A stretch of DNA of 64,000 nucleotides from Octopus sinensis (GCF_006345805.1 NC_043010.1:11656001-11720000), one strand, 5' to 3'; counted from the stretch's first letter, positions 42,529-55,499 are shown. The notes: generated by a model not told the origin, from the sequence alone. Translations and numbers: made by a program.

Positions 42529-43003
42529 TTAACCATACAACCATAACTATACCTTCCACATTGTTTGCTTCAGTTTATTGCTTCTCATCTACAAATGATT
42601 GTGATACAAACAAGTGAGTATACACTTTTCAGTTTACAATAAGTTTTCTAAGGGAACTTACAGAATCTCCAATAAATTGAATAGCTCTAAGGAGTAAAAT
42701 ACCTAAAATTTCAACAAAGGAGTCCTTTCTTCATTGTATTTTATGCTTTGTTGAAAAGCAGGAGCCAGCATTTTTGCACGTTTTAATCCTCATGGCAAAT
42801 GAATTCCACAAATTTTTTCTATGGTTTATTCTTGCCAGACTTGATCAAAACCAGTTTTCTTGGATTTTGTATTTTACCAGTCTTCTTGTTTGCATGTTAA
42901 TCAATTCTTCTCATATACGGTTTAAATGTTTAATCAGTTTTCCTTGAATTTACCTTAAACCCTTTTGAAGCCAGCTCACCCAAGACTGCCCTTTGTTCTA
43001 TAA

Positions 43004-43494
43004 CACTATGTAACAAAATTTTTCTTTTCCTTTTTTTTTTGTCTTTGGTTAGTAAGTGTTATTTTCTATTTGCTTCTATCTAGAAATCAAGGGAAATGAC
43101 TACTATTTCCTTCAAACTTTGCTTTTGTGATCTGGACTTCAATATTTTGAAACTGAACTTCTTCCCATTACATTTCAGATTGACACAATGCTGTGTTGCT
43201 GAAGCAGAACTATCATTATAGCAAATATTCTGCTCAGTACCACAGATTTGCTTATCACTTGCTTGACCTTAACTGCTTGAGCATGTCTCTTAATGGCTAA
43301 TCACGTTTTTCTCTGATCATGAGCAGGAGTAATGGGGGAGCATCATAGCCATGTGCTGAGAGGAACTTTTTGGGGTTTGAATAAATGTAACAAAAGCAAA
43401 ATTTGAAGGAAATATTTGCCATTTTTATACTTTCTAGGGGTAAGCAAAAAGGAAATAAGTTGTCACCCAAGGAGAAAAATTGTATTACACTGTG
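43004..43494. mobile_element. MITE with about 120-bp degenerate TIRs, nested in an old TTAA-type MITE
   Basis: CACTATGTAACAAAATTTTT..TATTTCCTTCAAACTTTGCTTTTGT inverted against ACAAAAGCAAAATTTGAAGGAAATA..AAAAATTGTATTACACTGTG. Confidence 0.65.
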
Positions 43495-44168
43495 TAGTAT
43501 ACACTTGCTTTTTTAAAGTCTAAATTAAGACCTCCCATCAAACTTTCATGTTAATTTTTCTAAACCCTAGCTTAGTAATGGTTTCAAATTTTGGCACAAG
43601 GATAGCAATTTTAAGGTTTAAATGGAGGGGTAAGTCAATTACATTGATCCAAGGGCTCAACTGGTACTTATCTTATAGACTCTAAAAAGATGAATGACAA
43701 CGTTGAACTTGATGGAATTTGAACCCAGAACAAAAGAACTAACAGAAATTCTGCTTAGTATGTTTTCTGATTCATTTATGGTTATATGAGTCAGCAAGTA
43801 AACCTCTGCATGGTCACTTCATCTACTAGAAATAGCAACCAAACTCGTATATCTTACTTTCTTCCTTTAAACAAGAGGACACTTTTGATAATGTAATTTA
43901 AGATTATCCAAGTCAGTTAACAGAACAAAAATAGGGATGATCATGGCTGGAATGCCTTTGAATATAGGTTCACTCATATGAGCTAAGTTGATAGTAAAAA
44001 AAACCCAGCTATAAAAGTAACAAGATATTAAGATATGTTTAATGATATGAGGGTAACAAGCTGGCGGAATAATTTGCATGCAGGGTGAAATGCTTAGCAG
44101 TATTTCATCTGTGTTTACATTTTGAGTTCAAGTTCAACTGAGGTCTCAGGGTCGATAAAATAAGTACC

Positions 44169-44400
44169 TATTTCTTTATTACCCACAAGGGGCTAAACAT
44201 AGAGGGGACAAACATGGACAGACAAAGGTATAAAGTCGATTACATCGACTCCAGTGCATAACTGGTACTTAATTTATCGACCCTGAAAGGATGAAAGGCA
44301 AAGTCGACCTTGGCGGAATTTGAACTCAGAACATAACGGCAGACAAAATACCGCTAAGTATTTTGCCCAGTGTGCTAATGTTTCTGCCAGCTCACTGCCC
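44169..44400 (-). mobile_element. Family B SINE inserted antisense into another family B copy
   Basis: Flanked by GATAAAATAAGTACC (44154-44168) and GACAAATTAAGTACC (44402-44416). Confidence 0.85.
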
Positions 44401-44754
44401 TGACAAATTAAGTACCAGTTGAGCACTGGGGTCAATATAATCCCCAAAATTGCTAGCGTTGTACTAAAACTTAAAGCTATTATTGTTGATGTTATCATTA
44501 TCATCACCATCATCGTCGTCATCGTCATTGTCATAATCATTATCTTCATCATCCTTTCTAGTCAAGTATTAAAGACAATCTAATTTAATTACTCTCTTCC
44601 TCAAAATGGTCTGTGATCTTATGTCTTTCTTGGGATGTGGAATGTGCCCAGAAAAAAAGCTATTTTTTGACTTGTGTGTACTATTATCATCACCCAGAAT
44701 TCCATACTACTCAAGTTAATAGCATCATAACTCGAGATTCGCTGACAAGTTTCA

Positions 44755-45000
44755 CTAACTCTCAAGGACTTTGCAGAGGGTTCTTGCAGAATAGAAAATG
44801 ACAGTTTCCTGCAATTCTGCCAAAGGGAGCCTCAGTTCCAGGGCCTTTCACTCTCATAAACAGTTGGTTTGGCATTGTTCCCAGTGTTCCGACAACATCA
44901 GGGTTGACATTCACTGATATATTCCCATATTTTTCTCAGTTCTCTGGCCAATTCCAAATACTTCTAAATATCTTCTATTTCTTTTGCTTTGACTCAGCTA
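44755..45000 (-). mobile_element. R4/NeSL-like (restriction-like endonuclease) non-LTR element, C-terminal fragment
   Basis: KYLELARELRKIWE..VVGTLGTMP..LQETVIFYSARTLCKVLES*. Confidence 0.7.
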
Positions 45001-45414
45001 AAATGTTGTATAATCTATGATCTTACATACTTCGTTTTTTTGTTAAGGTTTTTTTCCCCACCACACACACTTTTATTCTTTAATTCTTTTATTCATTTAT
45101 TCTTTTCCTGGTTTGGGTCATTGAACTTTGGGGCCATGATGGAGAACCACCTTCAAATATTTAACCCCAGAATTTATTTCAGTGTTATTCTATCCTGGTA
45201 CTTAATTTGTCAATTTTTGTTTATTAAAAGGTTAAAGTAGCCTTTCCCATGTAAACAGATGAATCTTGATCCACTCATTCATACCAGTTCATATACACAT
45301 GTATAAACCTGAAAACATACATATATATTTTAAAGTTTTTATGTATATGTATATATATATGTATGTGTGTGTGTGTGTGTGTGTGTGTCTGTGCATATAT
45401 ATATATATATATAT

Positions 45415-45800
<386 letters not shown>

Positions 45801-46602
45801 TACATACATAAATCTTTAGGTAAATATATTCAATAAGAATATTATGTACTGAATTTATATTGAGTGCTCAATTGTATAAAAATATTAATACTATTAAAGT
45901 ATTTATATATTTAAAACGAGCTATATATACATACACTTTTTAATGATATATTATTATTATTAATATAAGGAAATTAATATCCAAACTCATCATAAAAATA
46001 TATCCGTGTAAAAATACATATTATATTAAAAATATATATAAATAAATATAAAAATATATGTAAATATGTATAAATGTAAGTATAATGTATAAATAAATTT
46101 GATATTTTAAAAGTTTTGAATTAATTATTTAAAGCATCTTACCATTGTTGAGTTGTCCCTGTAATGAAATTTAATATTGATAAGCATTTATAGACAATTC
46201 TCCTGCTCTTCAGAGATATAAACTATGAATATTATATAATATATCGAATGATAGTTTGTTTTTTTTTAATAAAAATTTGAAGTAAAACAGTAAAATGGTG
46301 TTTGTTTGAAATATAAATAAAAAATAAAAAATTACTACTTTTGATGATAGTCTTTAAATCCATATATTCTTCCTTGGTTATTTTTCTGCAGTAATCCATA
46401 ATATTCATACGTAAAATCCGTCATATTATCTTGCATTCTAGTATAGTTCATGTAGTTAGTTTAGAAATGTGAAATTTGTATATACTTTAGTATGAGAATC
46501 TTGAAATTCATATGTCTTCTTGGTAATTCCTTTGTAGCAATCCATAACACTTTTGTCTTGCTAATTCCTCTCTACTGGATCAGAACAAGTAAATGCTGGT
46601 CA

Positions 46603-46663
46603 ACTTGGTACCGGTTTCGAAATTTAGTGCCAAATAGGTGCCTGAGTTTTCATCAGCCCAAGT
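46603..46663 (-). ncRNA. Minimal type-I hammerhead ribozyme motif (Penelope-type)
   Basis: ACUUGGG-CUGAUGA-helix II-GAAACCGGUA-CCAAGU. Canonical core, palindromic helix III ACCGGU, helix I ACUUGG/CCAAGU; helix II is weak. Confidence 0.7.
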
Positions 46664-47072
46664 CTCTTTTGTTTCAAGAGCAAAGAGTGAAAATAAATCC
46701 GAGTGAAGACAAAAATTTTACAATTGACAGTTTACTTACTGAAACAACATTCGTAAAACAGAAATGCAATAAAAACGAAATACAATAAGTGTGATAATGC
46801 TTTCGTTTTTCATAACTGTTACATACGTTTGAACAACCCTGCATTATTTTCTACAAACAATTTAGGTAAATAATGCACAAATTTTTTAGCACCCAGGAAT
46901 GCAATAAGTGTGATAATGCTTTCGCTTTTCATAACAGTTACCCATGTTTGAACAACCCTGCATTATTTTCTACCCACACTATTATTCCCCCACAATATTA
47001 TTCTTTAATTCTTCTATTCATTTATCCTTTTCCTGGTTTGGGTCATTGAACTTTGCTCTTGAAACAAAAGAG

Positions 47073-47133
47073 ATTTGGGCTGATGAAAAACCAGGTACCT
47101 ATTTGGCACTAATTTTCGAAACCAGTACCAAGT
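47073..47133 (+). ncRNA. Inverted copy of the hammerhead motif
   Basis: CTGATGA at 47080-47086 and GAAAC-CA-GTA at 47118-47127; the palindrome is broken by one G>A change. Confidence 0.55.
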
Positions 47134-47299
47134 TGACCAGCATTTACTTGTTCTGACCCAGTAGAGAGGAATTACCAAGTCACATCATAGAAATCTCATA
47201 GCTATGAGAGAATGCACGATTAATTCAATACAATGTGAAAAAATAAGCATCACATTTTGTAGAATAATCTGAATACGGAAGGGTTAAGGCAATCAGTTA

Positions 47300-47980
47300 T
47301 CAAAATTATCAGAACATTGGAAGAAATACTATGCAGGATTTGTTCCAGCTCTTAGCATTCTGAGTTCAAATTCTGCTGAGGTTAGCTTTACTTTATGTTC
47401 CACCTTAGGTTGATAAAATAAGTACTCGATGGGTTTGATGTAATCAATTAACATCTTCCCCCTAAAATTAGTATCCTTGTGCCAAAATTTGAAACCATAT
47501 TATTATTTTTGTTATTGTTGTTATTGTTATTCAGGTTGTAGACTTGCAGGATCATTAAACCATTAAACAACATGCCTCACAGTATTACTTTCAGATCTTC
47601 ACATTCTGAGTTCAAATCTCACTAAGGTCAGCTTTGTTTTCATCCTTCCAGGGTTGACAAAATAAAGTACCAGTCAAGTTTGGCATTGATATCATTGACT
47701 GAGATATCCTCTCTCCCCAAATCCACAGTCTTGTCAGAAACAACAAATATTGTTATCATTATTAGAAATGTGGCAAGCTGGCAGAATTGTTAGCATGCCA
47801 GGCAAATTGCGTAGCAGATTTCGTCCATGTTTATGTTCTGGGTTCAAATTCTGCCATGGTCTACTTTGCCTCTCATCCCTTTAGGGTGAATAAAATAAGT
47901 ACCAGTTGAGCACTGGGGTCAATATAACCAACTTAGCCCTGCCCTGAAATTGCTGGCCTAGTGCCAAAACTTGAAACCAT
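47300..47980 (+). mobile_element. Three head-to-tail degenerate family B SINEs
   Basis: Repeated GAGTTCAAAT..AATAAGTAC units. Confidence 0.7.
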
Positions 47981-49797
47981 TATTTTCATTATTAGTTTGG
48001 GTGAAACAGAAAGTGAGGGTTGAGGGGCAAGCATCACCTTTTAATGTGGATGGGCGTGTCAAGCCTTGACAGACTGAACGGGCTCATGTGTATGCCTTTC
48101 CAAGTAAGAAGGGAGAAACTGGAAGAGGGTACTTTATAATGTGGCTGAGTAAACCAAGCCTTTCTATAGGGCTTCTCATGATTCACCCTTGCTGTTCTTC
48201 CCCTTTAATGGGGGAAATTTACTTGTTGTACTTTTATTGTTTTATTTTTTGTTTTTGTTGGGTTTTTTTTTTTTTAATGGTCACTGTAAATTCCACTTCC
48301 ATTTTGTCTGCATTGAATTTAGTGTTGTAGGCTCGTGTAGCTAACATAAGAAATGTTATTGTTATTGTTATTGTCGTTATTGTTGTTGTTGCTGCAGCTG
48401 CTGTTGTTGTGTTGTTGTTGTTGTTGTTGTTTTTGTTCACCAGTTTTGTCTTTAGATCCCATTTGGCTTTGTATCACATTGAATTTCTTTCAATCAGTCA
48501 TTTTTGCTTTCCCCCTCAAGCTACTATTCTAGAACTATCAATGGATTGCTATAGCTTTTTAGCATAATCATTCTAATATAAAGAATTGTTATATACCATT
48601 CTAGTCCCTATATCCCTTCTGGTTTCATACCATATTGAATTTCTTCTTTCAATCAGTTATTCTTGCTTCCCCTCAAGCTACTGCTAGAACCATTAACGGA
48701 TTGCTATAACTTTTTAACGTAATCATTCTTGGCTAGAATTTTACATCTACACTGTAAATGAGAGACTCTTTATCTTGTAAAGCCTTCACAAGCCTGATAT
48801 AATTTCTCACTTTCACAGTTGCATCCAAGTACATCTTTTTATCATTTTCTCTTGCATATTAATGATATAACAAGTTTTCTCAGAGCCTAATTTACAGCCT
48901 TGCACTCCATGGCTTTTACCTCTAAACTGTTTTAGCTTTGGTTTCTCTGAACACTTTCAGAGTTTTCTTTTCAGATTTCAACAAATTTTCTATTTCGTTT
49001 GCCATTCTCTCCGATCTTTCCATCACCAATTTTTATTTCATCTCCTCTTATTTCTCTTTAAATGGAACATTACACTTTCTTTATTTATCTTATCCAGGTA
49101 CTTTTTATTCATCTAAGTTATAACACCTTATCCTCATCACATAACCCATACCACTCTAACTTTTTTTCCTTGTAAACATCTTTCATAGACTTGAGATTTC
49201 TGCCTTAATTTTTCAATGTCCTGAATAACCTTTCATCACTTATTTACCGAATCAGATATTTTTTCAGCGTTTCTAAATTTAATCATATTTTTCTTCACTA
49301 AATAGATCTACATCTATTACATATCCATTCATTGGAAATGCTCAGCTGTTTCTAGTATTCATTCAATTTATGTTGTCATGAAGTAATTCACTTAAATACC
49401 TCAATGTCTGGCCCACAAACAAGCTCCCCCCTCTTTCTCTCTACCTTTCTACTGTACTATAATGGCCTCTGTTCCTTTGAGATGATTGATTTTATGCTAC
49501 CTCTACTAAAATACACTCATTCATCTTCCCTCTTCTTTTTACACATATTATGTTCCCTCACTACCCCCAGGTTCAGTGATAATCCAGTCCTTCTTCTTTA
49601 GAATATTAATCTCCTGTAATTCTCTCTCAATCAACGTTTTCCCATTAGCTATCAGTGTTCAACTAACTATACAAGAGCAACGTTAAATTGAGTGATTTCC
49701 AGTGGTGTTACATATGGTGTGTGGAGCTGTGAAGCACACAGGTTGGCCACTATATATACACATGTGTTTGGTTTAGTTGAAAGTATATCACATTTAA

Positions 49798-50018
49798 CCC
49801 TTTCGTTACTGTATTTATTTTGAGATGCTCTGTGTTTCTTTCAATTACTTTAAATATAACAAAGAATTAAGTAAAATAACTTGGTTATCATTAAGCTAGT
49901 GTTAGGAACATAAATTGCGACTAAGGTTTCGTGAAAGATTTTAATTCAAAACTTATGAAGACAGGACATTTATACTACAAAGCCAGAGCTGGTTTCAGCC
50001 GGGTTGGTATCAAAAGGG
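49798..50018. mobile_element. TTAA-type (piggyBac-like) MITE
   Basis: TTAA TSDs at 49794-49797 and 50019-50022. Confidence 0.88.
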
Positions 50019-50636
50019 TTAAGGAAGGTGGCAACCAGTTTTGCTCCCATGCAAGTTGGCCAAAATCCATACTATGCCTCTGCTGATTTCTCAGGTGTCA
50101 AAAGCCTGCAAAGCTTTGTAGACTTAGATCAAATCAATGTTATTCTTTTATTCTTTTTATTTTACTTGTTTCAGTTATTTTGACAGAGGCCATGCTGGAG
50201 CACCACCTTTAGTCAAACAAATCGACCCCCAGGACTTATTCTTTGTAAGCCTAGTTCTTATTCTATCAGTTCCTTTTACTAAACTGCTAAGTTATGGGGA
50301 TCTAAACACACCAACATCAGTTGTCAAGCAATAGTAGGGAACAAAAAGGGACACATAAATCTTGGAGTTTTATCATGGCTACTGAATAATTGTCAATTAT
50401 TACATTTACAGATATATATCATCATCATCATCGTTTAGCATCCACTTTCCATGCTAGCATGGGTTGGACGGTTCAACTGGGGTCTGGGAAACCAGAAGGC
50501 TGCACCAGGCCCAGTCTGATCTGGCACTGTTTCTACGGCTGGATGCCCTTCCTAACGCCAACCACTCCATGAGTGTAGTGGGTGCTTTTTACGCTACACT
50601 CTACACTCACGGAGTGGTTGCATGAGTGTAGAGAGT

Positions 50637-50955
50637 AATTATTTGGTAGTCATGATAATACTCTGAGTTTTGGATGCCGAGGTAGAAATCCATGCTGTCA
50701 TATGTTCAGTTACCCAGCCATTGGAAAAAATGCTTTGAAAATGACCATTCCCTTTGTGTAACGGTCATTTTCATAGCATTTCTTCTGATGGTTGGATAAC
50801 TGAAGAGATGGCAGTGTGAATTTCCACCTCGGCATCCGAAACTCGGAGTTTCATCTTGGCTACCGAATAATTGTCACATATTACATTTACAGATAAATTC
50901 CTCTATTTACATAATATCGAGGTCTCTTTCATTCTTTTGTTGTCTTACCATTTTT
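50637..50955 (+). mobile_element. Fold-back Penelope-like remnant with a hammerhead motif at 50795-50855
   Basis: Arms about 50637-50746 and 50763-50872. GATAA-CTGAAGA(50800-50806)-GATG..CATCC-GAAAC(50838-50842)-TCGGAGTT-TCATC. Confidence 0.7.
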
Positions 50956-50994
50956 ATCACTATATATATATATATATAAATATATATGAATATA

Positions 50995-51295
50995 TTACGG
51001 AGATGTACTCGCATAGCAAGTAATTTGATCTGAGATCGTGTGCTGAAACGAAAACAATTGCAGCGTGGAAGGTGTTTATAAGCCATTTAAGAAACACACA
51101 AAAGCCGTTCGATTCACTCCAACATTTAAGTTTAATTTGTCAAAATATATGCAGCACGGACTTTGTCAGTGAACAGGTCGCGGATTTTAGCGACGAAAAT
51201 ATTTTGACAAATTAAACTAAAATGTTGAAGTGAATTGAACGGCTTTTGTGTGTTTCTTAAATGGCTTATAAACACCTTCCACGCTGCAATTGTTT
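50995..51295. mobile_element. Asymmetric palindromic mini-element carrying a G3:C8 hammerhead, copy 1
   Basis: 11-bp TSD ATATGAATATA at 50984-50994 and 51296-51306; arms 51052-51148 and 51198-51295. Confidence 0.85.
51162..51211 (+). ncRNA. Minimal type-I hammerhead motif, G3:C8 variant
   Basis: UUUGUCA-GUGAACA-G-GUCGC-loop-GCGAC-GAA-AAUAUU-U-UGACAAA. Confidence 0.7.
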
Positions 51296-51319
51296 ATATG
51301 AATATAGATATATATAAAT

Positions 51320-51395
<76 letters not shown>

Positions 51396-51479
51396 ATTAA
51401 ATATAGAGATATTAATATTACATAAATAATTATAAAAACCATAATGAAGTGAATTTCGATGGTTGCGGATTGCACTTAC

Positions 51480-51640
51480 TTGATTGTATCGTCCATTAAA
51501 ATGTCTTTGTTGTTTTTTAATTGTAATTGATGTAAGATTGAATAATTAATGCTCACGCTCATAACACAGACATTTGAATTAATTTTTAAAATCCAGCCAT
51601 CCTTTCCAGACGAGATTTCGTCATACTGAACCAATTGACC
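51480..51640 (-). CDS. Possible internal coding exon of an unidentified gene
   Basis: TCACTTCAG acceptor and AA|GTAAGT donor bound an open frame GQLVQYDEISSGKDGWILKINSN..MDDTI in non-repetitive sequence. No recognisable homology. Confidence 0.25.
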
Positions 51641-51891
51641 CTGAAGTGACTTATATATAATTGAACTGTGATTATGTATATCAGAAAACATATATAAGTC
51701 AAAACAATTTGCTGGCTTTTATGGTTTTTATAATTATTTATATAATATTATGTTATGTTATATATTATATTCATAGCATTTAATCTAATACTGTAATATA
51801 AATAAATCATTGAATGTCAGTACTATATCTCTATATTTAATTTATCTTTTATTATTGAATTATGCCAATATTTATATGGTAACCAAATGAA

Positions 51892-52290
51892 GGCGCAGGA
51901 GTGGCTGTGTGGTAAGTAGCTTGTTTACCAACCACATGGTTCCGGGTTCAGTCCCACTGCGTGACATCTTGGGCAAGTGTCTTCTGCTATAGCCCCGGGC
52001 CGACCAAAGCCTTGTGAGTGGATTTGGTAGACGGAAACTGAAAAGAAGCCTGTCGTATATATGTATATATGTATGTGTGTGTGTGTGTTTGTGTGTCTGT
52101 GTTTGTCCCCCTAGCATTGCTTGACAACCGATGCTGGTGTGTTTACGTCCCCGTCACTTAGCGGTTCGGCAAAAGAGACTGATAGAATAAGTACTGGGCT
52201 TACAAAGAATAAGTCCTGGGGTCGATTTGCTCGACTAAAGGCAGTGCTCCAGCATGGCCACAGTCAAATGACTGAAACAAGTAAAAGAGT
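51892..52290 (+). mobile_element. SINE family A (the only full plus-strand copy)
   Basis: Head GGCGCAGGAGTGGCTGTGTGGTAAG through tail AAGTAAAAGAGT. Confidence 0.92.
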
Positions 52291-53067
52291 ATATACACAC
52301 AATGGATTTCTTTCAGTTTCTGTCTACCAAATCCACTCACAAGGCTTTGTTTGGCCTGAAGCTATAGTAGAAGGTGCCATGCAGTGGGACTGAACCCAGA
52401 ACCATGTGGTTGTGAAGCAAGCTTCTTACCACACAGCCATTCCATTTTTTTTAAAATGCCAGTTTATGTAAATATTTTTCTTTTAGTTTTCAGTTTCAGG
52501 TTTGTTTTGCTCTGAATAAAGTGGAATATTGGGCAGAATTGGAAGAAACTGGACAAAACTGCTTTATAGAACTTAATTACATCAGTTTATATTTTGAGTT
52601 CAAATTCTACTAATGAATCAACTTTGCTTTACATCTTTCATAAGTTTATAAAATATTTACCGATCAACAAATGAGGTGCTTAGTACTTTTACACCAAGTA
52701 TGTGGCCTTCTGTTCAAAATCCAATTTGCAAGGATGTTAGATAAGCAGAATCAAAAACAGTACTTAAATTCCTTTATGAACATCTGTCATGATTAAATTT
52801 GCCTCCCATTCTTTTATTGTCGATGAAACGACTTCTAATAATATACTTTAATCACCTGAATTAATTATACCAATCCTTAAGAAAGTAATATTTACCATCT
52901 GCACTGTGATATCAATATTTGAAAGATTGTAAATTTTGAAAATGGAATAAAATTATTTGCATTGTGGAATTGCTTGTATCAAGAGAAGAATTTTAGAATA
53001 ATCAATGAAATGAAGCAAAATGGGAATAAACTGTATGATAGGGAGAATTGTCTATTGGACAATTCTC

Positions 53068-53485
53068 GGATCTTTTCTGTTTGAACGGCAGTTTTTTCTA
53101 GCGGTGTCATATGAAATTGTCACCCATAATTATGACCCTAGAATTGATCTATTGCATTTCAATCTGTTTTAGGGTTAGGGTTAGGGGTGGGGAAAGGGTA
53201 TCTTTTTTCTTCACAAATGTAAATAAACCCAATCTGTTTCTTAAACGAGGGACATATTCATACGGCACAGAATGTTTTTTTTTACCTCAGTAGACGCCAC
53301 TGATTGGTTGAAATTGCAGAAATTGAAGAAATTAAAGATCAAATATCTTACAAACTATAGAATTTTCTCAATAAAGCCAAGAGAAAAAGATGTTTTATAA
53401 ACACATTCTACCAGTATACAAACTTTAAAATTTTTTAGTTACCTTGAAATTATGTTAAAAACTGCCGTTCAAACCGAAAAGATCC
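53068..53485. mobile_element. MITE with 28-bp TIRs and 8-bp TSD (Merlin- or hAT-like) containing (TTAGGG)3
   Basis: TIR GGATCTTTTCKGTTTGAACGGCAGTTTT (1 mismatch). TSD CAATTCTC at 53060-53067 and 53486-53493. Confidence 0.92.
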
Positions 53486-54703
53486 CAATTCTCTCTCTTA
53501 TACAGAAACATCTGTGGACTTTAATAGAATCTGAACTCTCTCCCTATTTAGTGCTTCTTACTTAAGCCCTGCACTAACTACTTTGCTGATTTCTTTCTGT
53601 TTAGAATATCAACCCTTTAGAATTCACACTTTGACCATTTTTTTTTCCTCCCTGCCAGCAGATGTTGAGTCACAGATGTTGAAGCTAAACATAAACTATG
53701 TTGATGTCAACAATCTCAGAGAGGAGGTGAATGATGTCAGTTGCTGCCTTTTTCTCCAGGTTTAGGCATAAACAAAAAAGCATGGTTATAAATAAAACTG
53801 CTATTATAACAAATGAAAATTTATGACCCCTTTTACAAATTAACAATTCCCAATGAAAGAACGAAGGGGTAAAAGAGGATAAGCTAGATATTGATAAAAT
53901 AACAGAAACTTAGAAATATTTTGGAAGATGAGATGGGGAAAACAAAAATTCAATTATGCCCAGTATGGATTAAATTCAAAAATAAAACAATGTTTAACTC
54001 TGTATCATGCAGCTGCTTCTCAGAATCATGTAAACTATAAGAAATAAGATAGAAAATACGAAATCTTCTTAATATGAGCATGATATACAACTACAGTATG
54101 CCGATAAAATTATTCTTGTAGAAAATACTAAGATAAGAATGAGAATATTAAACAACAAAACAAAATATAGAAAAAAAATGACAATAAAAGTTTTACCGTT
54201 TCTATTTTTGTGCTTTCCACATTTTCCAGCACAAAAACTTCTGAAACAGAAAATAATATTGACTATCAAATGGGAGAGAGAGAAAAAAAAGAAAAATAAA
54301 CAATATCTAGCCTCATGTGTATGGATGGAATTGAAATTTTTTGCCCCAATGGAATCTGTACCGATCATTGATGCCTTGGAACAATATCAAAAATGTTTGG
54401 CCACCGTAGTTAGCGAACAGCAATGCTAAAACAAACATCATGCTTCAGTTGTATCCACATGTCACACCGAGTGTTTTACTATCATCAGAGGCGAGAGAGA
54501 TGGAAAGAGAGGAGAGGGAGGGAGGGAGGGAGGGAATGAGAGAGAAGAAGGAGGCAGGAGAAGGAAGGAGATATTGGAACCATCAGAATGATATTTATGA
54601 GAGAATCTGAGTGAATATGATCAAGGTCCAAAATATAGTGGAACATACAAAAGATAATATCTGCAACTCCACTGCTGCTGCCACTACCGTTATTGTGTGC
54701 ATG

Positions 54704-54740
<37 letters not shown>

Positions 54741-55062
54741 ATATATATTTTTAATCTTTGTTTGTCAAATAGCTAAGTTATAGGACGGTAAAGAACACAA
54801 ACATTAACAACACCATCAGTTTTTAGACTGGTTATTGTCAACATAAACACACACACACACACACACACATGCATACACACATGCATACACACATGCATAC
54901 ACATGCATTTATATGAATGAAGCCGTGGCTGTGTGATCAGGAAGTTTGCTTGACAACAACTGGGTTTCAAGTTCAGTCCCATTCCACAGTACCTGGGGCA
55001 TGTATCTTGTACCAGAGCCCAGGGTGACTTTTGGTCCACCCTGTACACACACACACATATAT

Positions 55063-55269
55063 TCTTTACTCTTTTACTTGTTTCAGTCATTTGACTGCGG
55101 CCATGCTGGAGCACCACCTTTAGTCGAGCAAATCGACCCTGGGACTTATTCTTTGTAAGCCCAGTACTTATTTTATTGGTCTCTTTTGCCGAACCGCTAA
55201 GTGACGGAGATGTAAACACACCAGCATCGGTTGTCAAGCGATGGTGGGGGGACAAACACAGACACACAA

Positions 55270-55304
<35 letters not shown>

Positions 55305-55475
55305 CATATATACGACAGGCTTCTTTCAGTTTCCGTCTACCAAATCCACTCACAAGGCATTGGTCGGCCCGAGGCTATAGCAGAAGACACTTGCCCAAGA
55401 TGCCACGCAGTGGGACTGAACCCGGAACCATGTGGTTGGTAAGCAAGCTACTTACCACACAACCACTCCTGTGCC
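55063..55475 (-). mobile_element. SINE family A
   Basis: Homology to family A. Confidence 0.92.
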
Positions 55476-55499
55476 TATATATATATATATATATATATA

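Noticed and set aside
48470-49690. Possible decayed minus-strand LINE with a ~100-bp tandem duplication
   Set aside because: Strand composition is suggestive but no diagnostic motif could be read.
53169-53186. Telomere or chromosome-fusion site
   Set aside because: Only three TTAGGG units, internal to a MITE.
53662-53726. Plus-strand exon candidate DVESQMLKLNINYVDVNNLREE
   Set aside because: Good acceptor but weak donor, no homology and no partner exons; expected by chance in 64 kb.
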